Positions 48,081 to 56,191 of a stretch of 64,000 nt of DNA are shown here, piece after piece (position 1 is the first letter of the stretch; each line of letters begins with the position of its first letter). The stretch spans positions 2,170 through 66,169 of the forward strand of contig DIEY01000100.1 in assembly GCA_002418865.1 (NCBI GenBank), written 5' to 3'. The notes below the pieces were generated by a model. The model was not told the origin of the DNA, did no database searches, and saw only the letters and a list, made by a program, of their open reading frames with translations. This DNA is from Bacteroidales bacterium UBA5762. GTDB taxonomy: Bacteria; Bacteroidota; Bacteroidia; Bacteroidales; TTA-H9. Position numbers and translations under genes: made by a program.

Positions 48081-49922
48081 ATGAAAAAGATAAAATACCC
48101 CATTTCGACAGCAAGTCTGCTCTTATGTGTGATTGTATTAATAGGTGTGCGCTTGAATTATCCTCCCAAAAATATATTGACGTACGATACTTTTGGCTAT
48201 TATATTCATTTACCCGCCCGTCATATTTACCACGACCCTATGATTCAAAATTTCGAGTGGGTAACGGAAATAAACCAGAAATACAATAACACTCCAACAT
48301 TTTATCAATTTTCAGAAGGAATAAACGGACAGAAAGTCATTCGTTTTAATCGAGGTATTTCTTACCTTCTGGCTCCTGGGTTCTATGCCGGCCATGTTTG
48401 GGCAAAATTGAGCGGAGCTCCTCAAGATGGCTTCTCTAAACCCTACCAACAAGCAATTTGGATCTGGGGAATGATTTTTAACCTCTTGGGATTCTATCTC
48501 ATAAAAAAAATTCTGCTCCGTTATTTTAACGATCTTACCACAGCCATAACACTGGTAGTTATTCTACTGATAAGTAATCTTTATTTCTTTTATGGCTACG
48601 GCAACGATATTCCTCATGTTTATTTGTTCACTCTCAACGCTGCTCTCATTTGGTTTAGCATTCGCTGGCATCATCATTTTAAGATATGGGATGCAGCCCT
48701 TATTGGATTTACGCTTGGCATCATCGCTATTACACGCATGAGTGAGATACTCATCGTTTTTATTCCATTATTATGGGGCGTAAAAAATAAAGAAAGTCTA
48801 CATTCACAATTACGACTCTTCTGTAATAAATGGCAACATATTGTGTTTGCCGTAATTGCAGGAATTATTCCTATATTAAGCCAGATTATTTACTGGAAAC
48901 AAGCCTCTGGACAATTTGTGTATCATGTTTATACAGATCCGGGCTCAACGCTCGATTTGATGAATCCACGGTTTTTTTATACTTTACTAAGTTTCCGCAA
49001 GGGCTGGTTGATATATGTTCCTGTGATGATATTTGCTTTATGGGGTATCTACAAGGCCTTCCGCAGAAAGGAAGAATGGGCATGGGCTGTATTAGTGTAT
49101 ATTGCACTCAATTTTTATGTGATTTCAAGTTTTAGCAGCTTGTTAAGCTATGGATGGAGGGCTTTTCTCCAGTCGTATGCCGCACTTGTTCTTCCCATGG
49201 GCATATTTATACAATGGATGCTTTCGAGAAAACCTCTCGCCATCGCTGGATGGTGCATTATTCTGGCAATCTTAGGTGTAATAAACATCTTTCAAGCATG
49301 GCAAATCAATATGGGTATCATCGACGGTTCACGCATGACGATGAAATATTATGTTTCGGTTTTTATGAAAAAACATCCTCCCGAAAATGCAAAAAAATAT
49401 CTTTTGGTTCAGCGCTCGGTCACTGGCAGAGAAAATTTGGAAAAAACTGACAACTATTTCAACCATGTCTTAAAATTTTACGATTTCGAAACACCTAATC
49501 CCAACCTTAAGTCACATATCGATTCCATCGTTTCTTTTTCGGGAAAATATTGTTTGAGGCTGGACAGTACGATTGAATATACTCCCGGACTCGAATGTTC
49601 TTATGGCGATATAAGTAATGGTAAATATGCATGGATAAGAATCAGTGCAAGGGTATATCCTACCCAACAGCTCGAAGATGCTTCGGTTTCGCTGGTGACG
49701 CACGCCATTCGAAACAAACAGACTTATAAATATTCAGCGAGAAAAATTACAGATACAATTTTCCACGTACAACCCAATCAATGGAATTATGTCTGGCACG
49801 ATTACATGACCCCCGAACCAATTTCAGCCGAAGATGGCATCAAAAGCTATATTTGGAACCGAAGCAAGTACCCGGTATTTATCGACGATATCCGCATCGA
49901 AGTATTCGAACCCATTCTGTAG
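48081..49922 (+). CDS. polytopic GT-C-like membrane protein (paralog of the membrane domain of 42754..45054) with C-terminal beta-sandwich (CBM-like) domain
   Basis: About 11 hydrophobic segments. Conserved loops YDTFGYYIHLPARHIYHD and GAPQDGFSKPYQQAI match the upstream fusion protein. The C-terminus ends YPVFIDDIRIEVFE. Confidence 0.7.
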   Translation: MKKIKYPISTASLLLCVIVLIGVRLNYPPKNILTYDTFGYYIHLPARHIYHDPMIQNFEWVTEINQKYNNTPTFYQFSEGINGQKVIRFNRGISYLLAPGFYAGHVWAKLSGAPQDGFSKPYQQAIWIWGMIFNLLGFYLIKKILLRYFNDLTTAITLVVILLISNLYFFYGYGNDIPHVYLFTLNAALIWFSIRWHHHFKIWDAALIGFTLGIIAITRMSEILIVFIPLLWGVKNKESLHSQLRLFCNKWQHIVFAVIAGIIPILSQIIYWKQASGQFVYHVYTDPGSTLDLMNPRFFYTLLSFRKGWLIYVPVMIFALWGIYKAFRRKEEWAWAVLVYIALNFYVISSFSSLLSYGWRAFLQSYAALVLPMGIFIQWMLSRKPLAIAGWCIILAILGVINIFQAWQINMGIIDGSRMTMKYYVSVFMKKHPPENAKKYLLVQRSVTGRENLEKTDNYFNHVLKFYDFETPNPNLKSHIDSIVSFSGKYCLRLDSTIEYTPGLECSYGDISNGKYAWIRISARVYPTQQLEDASVSLVTHAIRNKQTYKYSARKITDTIFHVQPNQWNYVWHDYMTPEPISAEDGIKSYIWNRSKYPVFIDDIRIEVFEPIL

Positions 49923-50084
49923 AACCCAATTCGTTCTAAAACTTTAAATTGTAGACTATATCAAAAATTAAAAATACAATCCAGTTTCAAAGAAGGTTAA
50001 TTAGGAATACAACTAAAGAGAAAATCGTTGTATATATTCATCCTCCCGCATTCTTAGTTTATTCAACTTATCCATGGAGTGGCC

Positions 50085-50732
50085 TCAAGATAGATCGGAA
50101 CTAATAAGGTGAATAAATTCTTCTCGGGTTTCTTTGCGCGTAAATGCACCCGTAAAATCGGAAGTTGTGGTTACCGAATTTTGTTTTTGAACGCCTCGCA
50201 TAGCCATGCACAAGTGTTTTGCTTCTATTACAACGGCTACACCTAAAGGATTAAGAGCCTCTTGAATACATTCCTTAATTTGTGTAGTAAGACGCTCCTG
50301 AACCTGCAAACGTCGTGCATAAGCATCTACAACTCTGGCAATCTTACTTAAACCCGTGATGTATCCGTTGGGAATATAAGCCACATGCGCTTTCCCAATA
50401 AAGGGGATCATGTGGTGCTCGCACAAGCTGTATATCTCAATATCCTTAACGATTACCATTTGCCTATAATCTTCTTTAAACCGAGCCGAAAGCAACATTT
50501 CCTTCGGATCAAGGTCGTAACCATGAGTAAGAAATTGCATAGATTTTGCCACTCGCATAGGCGTATCAAGCAAACCATCACGATCGGCATCTTCTCCAAT
50601 CAATTTTAAAATTTCATGATAGTGATACGATAACTTTTCCAGTGTTTCGTAATTGTATTTGTCAATTTTCTTATACCCTTCGAGGGAATTTTCTTCTATC
50701 ATATCGTGAATAATCTTTTCGTTGTTATGCAT
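50085..50732 (-). CDS. folE: GTP cyclohydrolase I
   Basis: Type I FolE motifs [30 protein letters not shown] and QVQERLT. Confidence 0.95.
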   Translation of the reverse strand: MHNNEKIIHDMIEENSLEGYKKIDKYNYETLEKLSYHYHEILKLIGEDADRDGLLDTPMRVAKSMQFLTHGYDLDPKEMLLSARFKEDYRQMVIVKDIEIYSLCEHHMIPFIGKAHVAYIPNGYITGLSKIARVVDAYARRLQVQERLTTQIKECIQEALNPLGVAVVIEAKHLCMAMRGVQKQNSVTTTSDFTGAFTRKETREEFIHLISSDLS

Positions 50733-50794
50733 AAAGTAAAGTAAATATCGAGTGTAACAAAGGATTGAACATTGGATAAACTAAAATGTTTAAT

Positions 50795-51208
50795 TTATTT
50801 TCCAAAATATTCAACAGAATTATTTTCGGTTTCTTCGAGTCTGATTTTATAGAGCTGAGCTCCGCTTTCAAGAATGGGTTGTTCGAGTTGCTCCCATATT
50901 GCCATGGCGATAATTTCGGTAGAAGCCATTCTCCCTTGCATAAAATTCACTTCAGTGTTAAGGTTCTTGTGATCCACCTTTTCAATCACATATTGTTGAA
51001 TGATCTGGCTTAATTTTTTCAGGTTGACGACCATGCCAGTTTCGGCGTCGGGAATTCCTTTCACGGTAATATAAAGTACATAGTTGTGTCCATGCCAATT
51101 GGGATTGCTACATTTACCGAAAATCTCGAAATTTTTTTCATCGTTATATTCGGGCTTGAAAAGACGATGAGCAGCATTGAAAGTCTCACGCCGGGTAAGA
51201 TATATCAT
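50795..51208 (-). CDS. 6-pyruvoyl-tetrahydropterin synthase family protein (PTPS/QueD family, eukaryote-like Cx5HGH type)
   Basis: The ATG at 51208 gives MIYLTRRETFNAAHRL. Active-site segment FGKCSNPNWHGHNY. Confidence 0.85.
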   Translation of the reverse strand: MIYLTRRETFNAAHRLFKPEYNDEKNFEIFGKCSNPNWHGHNYVLYITVKGIPDAETGMVVNLKKLSQIIQQYVIEKVDHKNLNTEVNFMQGRMASTEIIAMAIWEQLEQPILESGAQLYKIRLEETENNSVEYFGK

Positions 51209-51212
51209 GATC

Positions 51213-51602
51213 TTATGGGTTTTTCTTACGAAGATGGGGCAAAAGTGCAGAAAGTTCAAAAAAAGTGTAAATTAAGTAAAATATGAAGAAACATACGGTA
51301 AAGGCTTTAAAATCTTTTGGAAAAAGAAATGCATAAAGGATTAATATTAATACAAACACAAGTAGACGGCCGGCAGTGGATAGCATGTAAAAGTTGACAA
51401 ATTTTTTCGGATTTTGACGAATTAGTTTGACGGCCATATTATTGTATACCAAGGTATGGGCCATAAAAAAAATAAGAATAAATGGCATAGCCGGCGTAAT
51501 AATACCTTTTGGTAGAATAAAAGTTAAAATAGTACCAATAATGGCAAGAAATACCGAAAGTATAACCAATTTACGTAAATAATGCTTAAACTCATTCGTC
51601 AT
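51213..51602 (-). CDS. small polytopic membrane protein (4 predicted TM helices), unknown function
   Basis: 129-aa ORF. Its start overlaps the upstream AtpZ-like gene by 11 nt, and its stop lies 4 nt before the PTPS start. Confidence 0.6.
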   Translation of the reverse strand: MTNEFKHYLRKLVILSVFLAIIGTILTFILPKGIITPAMPFILIFFMAHTLVYNNMAVKLIRQNPKKFVNFYMLSTAGRLLVFVLILILYAFLFPKDFKAFTVCFFIFYLIYTFFELSALLPHLRKKNP

Positions 51603-51846
51603 GTGATTGATTGTTTTTAGAGTTTTTGGGATGAAGTTTTATGAAATCCTTTATGCCTAAATAAACAGCAAAAGCAACACCAACCAATGTAAATAGTATG
51701 GTAAATATTGGAAATTTTAATTTGAGATATTGATCGAGTTTGATTCCACCCACAACTCCCAAAAGAATGACCGCCAGCATTTGGAAGGCAAGCGAAGAGT
51801 ATTTGGCATAATTAAATAAAGGATTTTTTAGGTCATTCTCTTTCAT
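51592..51846 (-). CDS. AtpZ/AtpI-like small membrane protein
   Basis: The ATG at 51846 gives MKENDLKNPLFNYAKYSSLAFQMLAVILLGVVGGIKLD..., a two-TM hairpin typical of AtpZ/AtpI. It overlaps the bactofilin stop by 14 nt. Confidence 0.6.
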   Translation of the reverse strand: MKENDLKNPLFNYAKYSSLAFQMLAVILLGVVGGIKLDQYLKLKFPIFTILFTLVGVAFAVYLGIKDFIKLHPKNSKNNQSHDE

Positions 51847-52213
51847 TTTTAGGTACGCCTTGATTGTTTTCAGGTAGCTCCATAATGCATTTCCCACTGA
51901 AACGTGCACCAGGTTCAATAGCCAATTTACTGCAAGTAATATCACCCTGAAGCACAGCAGTTGATTTTAGAGTCAGAAGCTCGGATATATTAATGCTTCC
52001 TTTGATTTTTCCAGCAAAATCACCAGTGCGGCAATAGATTTCTCCATCTACACTCCCTGATTCACCAATGACAACCTTGCCTTTGCAATCGAGCTTACCT
52101 CTTAATTGGCCTTCGATTCGAATATCGCCTCCACAGCTCACATCACCTTCTATAGATGTCATAGAGCCAATGATATTCACAATAGGGTTTTCAATAACTG
52201 TAGTTTTAGCCAT
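51833..52213 (-). CDS. bactofilin family polymer-forming cytoskeletal protein
   Basis: Beta-helical repeat pattern IEGDVSCGGDIRIEGQLRGKLDCKGKVVIGESGSVDGEIYC...LQGDITCSKLAIEPGARFSGK. Confidence 0.85.
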   Translation of the reverse strand: MAKTTVIENPIVNIIGSMTSIEGDVSCGGDIRIEGQLRGKLDCKGKVVIGESGSVDGEIYCRTGDFAGKIKGSINISELLTLKSTAVLQGDITCSKLAIEPGARFSGKCIMELPENNQGVPKNERE

Positions 52214-52266
52214 TACCGTATTTTTTTCAAATTTACATTAAAAATCACCGCTTTCTAAAAATTATC

Positions 52267-54939
52267 TCAATTTTTCTTCAGATATTCCTTTTCAAAAAAC
52301 ACTTTATACTGCGAAATGTCTCTGTCTTGATAAAAGAGTTGATAATTTTTTGTCGAAATAGCATAGACTTCATAAAATTTACCCTTAAGCATCGAAAAAA
52401 CATACTCGTTGTCTATAATCTGATGGTAATAATCCAATGCTTTAGAAGCATTCTTAAAGACGCCTATACTAATAATTTGCAATGTATCATTCAAGAGAAT
52501 GTCAGAAATGTAGAAATTTTCCAATCGGAAGGCACGTTCATTAAAATCTGCTATTCTGATTTTAAGGGCATTGATATCTGTTTGGGAAGGATTAGCCATG
52601 ATGACCACAAAATGATCGCTTTGGGATTCCATCACATAAGTTACTTTAGGAGTTTCGGAACCCGGGGATGTACTAATGGTGTCGCCAGGTATTTGAATTC
52701 TCGAACTCACTGAAGGATCTAATTTAGAAAGTTGATCGAGAATATCATGAGCCAAAGCCACCAACTCATGCTTGGGGTAATGTAAGATGAAACGTTGTAA
52801 ATTGATAGCCAAAGAATCGGCCACATCAATTTTCCCTATAGAGATTGCCCTTAAAAATTCAAATTTCGGTAAAAGAGGATGATTGGGAAATCGATTGACT
52901 GCATCATCACAATTCATTACCACTAAATAATACTGGCCTGATTGATAGGCTCGATAAGTATTAGTATAAAACTCGTCTACACTTTTGTTTTTTCTTTCCA
53001 TTTCTTGAACATAGGCAGGATCACCTAATATTTTGGCATAATCGGTAGTGGGGAAGTTGCTTGTGAGAATGTTACGATAGTAATCGGCCTTTTCTTTATT
53101 GCCCAGCTTCTCATTGAGCACTACCAGCTGATAACAGCTCAGCAAATAGTGCTTATTCATACTCGTATCGGGATAACGTTCTACTAGTTGCTCGAAGGTT
53201 TTTTCGGCATTAACCAAATCGAACAAGCCTTCGCGATATATAAAAGCGGCATTGAAAAGCGCTTCTATTATGTTTTGATTGCTTTGCTGAAGTTTTTCGG
53301 GGGTTAGAGGAAGGTTTTGCAAATATGTCTCACGTTTTAACGGATCATTCGAGATTTTGGCTATAAGGCTGTCGGAAGTTATGGAATCTGACGAGGCTAA
53401 AGTTTGCTCTTCTTCCCAAACTGCTATTACTTGTTTATTGCTAAGTCGCCAGAGGTCTTCGAGTTTTCGGTTGCCCCATTTTCTCCTGAATTCGGTAAAT
53501 CCCAAGCTAATAGCCGAAGGATTATAAAAATACCATGCGCCCGATGGATTCATTTGTTGTTCTATTCTATTTTGCCCTAGTGTAGCAAGATCGCTCTGCC
53601 TAAGCATTTCTTCCTCTTGCTTTTTCTTTTCTTCTTCAGCATATTGGGCAATGATTCCATCTATAACCTTCATGCGTTCGGCTTCGGGCATCAATGCCAA
53701 ACGCTGAAGACTGTCTTCGGTCTGCACAATAATGAGATTGTTGACCAACTCTGTAAGAACCTGCGACTTATTCTGAAGTGAATCGTAATGAGGATGCTCC
53801 TTGGGCAAAGCCTGCAAAGCCGTATCGTAATAAGCTTGCGAAAGAAAGTAATCAGGTTTTTCAAAATATAAATTGGCTAAAATCAACGAAGACTGTACTC
53901 TTTGGAAATCATTGTCTTTGCTTGTGGCAACAGAAAGCCGAAGATTTTCAATCGCTTGCGCCCTATTCCCTTTTTTTAAGTCAACTTCGGCCAGAGCATA
54001 GTAAACCTGATCTTGATAAGGCTTGTTTTTCTCTTCTTTTAACATATTGCGCAGCATCTTTTCGATATTGTCGGCCTCTCCTGAATTTACATCGTAACAC
54101 CTGGCCAGATTGAGCTGAGCAGCAAATTGCATATTGTAAGGCGGCGTCCGTTTTATAACCTCCTGAAACATTTGAGAAGCATTGGCCAGATCGTTATTTT
54201 GCAAGTATAACTGACCCAAGATGAAATGCAAACGCGTTTTGTCGGATTTTTTCCTGCTTAAATTCGTAGCAACATGCAAAGTCTTGATAGCCTCATTGGT
54301 TTTATTTTGTTTCAAATAAAAATCGGCCAATACCTTGTTATAGAACAACATCATACTACGTGGCATAGTTTTCTTTGCCGAAAGCATACGAAATTTCTCC
54401 AATTCAGCCTCCGAGCGAGAATATTGCTCCATTTGGTTATTGGTTAATCCTAACCAAATATAAACTTCGGGAATTAATGGGGAATCTTTATAACGAGAAA
54501 GGATAAATTCGAAAGTTCTTCTTGCCGATGCATAATCCTGCTTGTAAAAATATGCTTTGCCTATCATCATGTAACTGTCGTCAATCCAACGGTTATACTC
54601 TTTTTTATTAAAATACATGCTGTTGTTTTGTATCACCTTCGATGCTTTTTCGATAGCCCTGTCGGCTTTGGCATTGATGGCAGCTATTTCTTTTTTCGAT
54701 CCCAATTTGAATACCGGAAGAACTTCTGTATAATTATCATTGGCATTCTTTTCCAAATCCTTGACAGCATCTTTCAAACTTTCATTGCCATTCCACCATG
54801 TATTGTAATGGGCCGTCAGATTATGATAAACCCTCCGGCTGAATGTGTTTTTCTTGTTTGAACAGGCCGTGGGTAAAATTATGGCAACAATCCATAAAAC
54901 AACGACTATGCTTTGAGGTATAAAATTTCTACTTTTCAA
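52267..54939 (-). CDS. TPR-repeat outer-membrane lipoprotein, PorW/SprE-like (type IX secretion/gliding)
   Basis: The TTG at 54939 gives the lipoprotein signal MKSRNFIPQSIVVVLWIVAIILPTAC. It is followed by SNKKNTFSRRVYHNLTAHYNTWWNG, which resembles the SprE/PorW N-terminus as I recall it. Many TPR-like repeats. The ORF is open up to the TTG at 54993. Confidence 0.6.
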   Translation of the reverse strand: MKSRNFIPQSIVVVLWIVAIILPTACSNKKNTFSRRVYHNLTAHYNTWWNGNESLKDAVKDLEKNANDNYTEVLPVFKLGSKKEIAAINAKADRAIEKASKVIQNNSMYFNKKEYNRWIDDSYMMIGKAYFYKQDYASARRTFEFILSRYKDSPLIPEVYIWLGLTNNQMEQYSRSEAELEKFRMLSAKKTMPRSMMLFYNKVLADFYLKQNKTNEAIKTLHVATNLSRKKSDKTRLHFILGQLYLQNNDLANASQMFQEVIKRTPPYNMQFAAQLNLARCYDVNSGEADNIEKMLRNMLKEEKNKPYQDQVYYALAEVDLKKGNRAQAIENLRLSVATSKDNDFQRVQSSLILANLYFEKPDYFLSQAYYDTALQALPKEHPHYDSLQNKSQVLTELVNNLIIVQTEDSLQRLALMPEAERMKVIDGIIAQYAEEEKKKQEEEMLRQSDLATLGQNRIEQQMNPSGAWYFYNPSAISLGFTEFRRKWGNRKLEDLWRLSNKQVIAVWEEEQTLASSDSITSDSLIAKISNDPLKRETYLQNLPLTPEKLQQSNQNIIEALFNAAFIYREGLFDLVNAEKTFEQLVERYPDTSMNKHYLLSCYQLVVLNEKLGNKEKADYYRNILTSNFPTTDYAKILGDPAYVQEMERKNKSVDEFYTNTYRAYQSGQYYLVVMNCDDAVNRFPNHPLLPKFEFLRAISIGKIDVADSLAINLQRFILHYPKHELVALAHDILDQLSKLDPSVSSRIQIPGDTISTSPGSETPKVTYVMESQSDHFVVIMANPSQTDINALKIRIADFNERAFRLENFYISDILLNDTLQIISIGVFKNASKALDYYHQIIDNEYVFSMLKGKFYEVYAISTKNYQLFYQDRDISQYKVFFEKEYLKKN

Positions 54940-55309
54940 AATTATCGGATTTCCCCTGATATTAAGGTTTATTGAATAACTTAAAACTTGCAAAAATATT
55001 TCATTTCTGTTTTATGGCGAAACTCCTCTCTTTTAGCCAAGAACATAGCCTGACTATCAATGGCCTAATTCATATTATCTTTCAAGATGATTGCCCTTTC
55101 TGGCAATTGGACAACAATCTATTTTAACCCATAAATCAATGGACAATCTATCATAATTTATATGATAAGGCGTTTATCATTAAATTTGCCGTGTCTAAAA
55201 TTATTTTGTACTTCATACAATTATTTAATTAAAAAAGACTATTTTGTTAGATGTTGACGATCTGCTGACATTAGAGTTAGACAAAAAATTCCCTAGAGCA
55301 TATTAAACC

Positions 55310-56191
55310 ATGCACATCAATGTTAAAAACACTAAGAATGTTCTTTTTCGGAATATAAAATCGAAGTATAGGCTGGTTATTCAGGATGCCGAAACTTTCG
55401 AGGAAAAATTCAGTCTAAAACTATCACGTCTCAATGTTTTTATCACCTTGGGTATTCTTATTATTGGACTTATCATATTAACAACTTACCTTATAGCCTT
55501 CACCTCACTGAAGGAATATATTCCTGGATACAGTGATCCGGGATTAAGCCGAAAGGTTTATGAACTCACATTACGCGCCGATTCGCTCGAACTTTTACTC
55601 AATCAGAGAGCCGCTTATTTAGAAAACATTCAAAAAGTGCTTATGGGTAATATTCCTATATTTGTTTCTAGTGATACTGCCATTCAAAAACGCGACTATT
55701 CCAAAATAAATGATAATAGAATAGTGGAAGATTCGATGTTACGTCAAGAAGTTGAGAATCAGGATAAGTATGAATTAAAGACAACTTATTCAACTTCCAG
55801 TATAAAAAGTTCCTCCATTTCGTCGTTTAATTTTTTCAGACCTGTAAATGGTTATTTAACTTCACACTTCGATCCGTCGCATGGCCATTATGGTGTTGAT
55901 ATTGCCACAGCAGAAGGTGAAACCGTAAAAGCCGTGTTTGATGGAACCGTCATTCAGGCAGGATGGAACATAGAAACAGGTTACAGCATTACTATTCAGC
56001 ATATATCCAATTTGGTTTCCATCTATATGCACAATTCCTCATTGTTGCGAAAGCAGGGTGATATTATCAGAGCGGGAGATCCTATTGCAATTGCAGGTTC
56101 GACAGGTAAACTGAGCACTGGAACCCATTTGCATTTTGAGCTATGGTATAATGGTACAGCAGTTGATCCTTTAAATTATATAACTTTTTAA
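55310..56191 (+). CDS. M23 family peptidoglycan metalloendopeptidase, membrane-anchored
   Basis: TM helix, then the LytM motifs HGHYGVDIA and GSTGKLSTGTHLHFELW. Confidence 0.9.
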   Translation: MHINVKNTKNVLFRNIKSKYRLVIQDAETFEEKFSLKLSRLNVFITLGILIIGLIILTTYLIAFTSLKEYIPGYSDPGLSRKVYELTLRADSLELLLNQRAAYLENIQKVLMGNIPIFVSSDTAIQKRDYSKINDNRIVEDSMLRQEVENQDKYELKTTYSTSSIKSSSISSFNFFRPVNGYLTSHFDPSHGHYGVDIATAEGETVKAVFDGTVIQAGWNIETGYSITIQHISNLVSIYMHNSSLLRKQGDIIRAGDPIAIAGSTGKLSTGTHLHFELWYNGTAVDPLNYITF

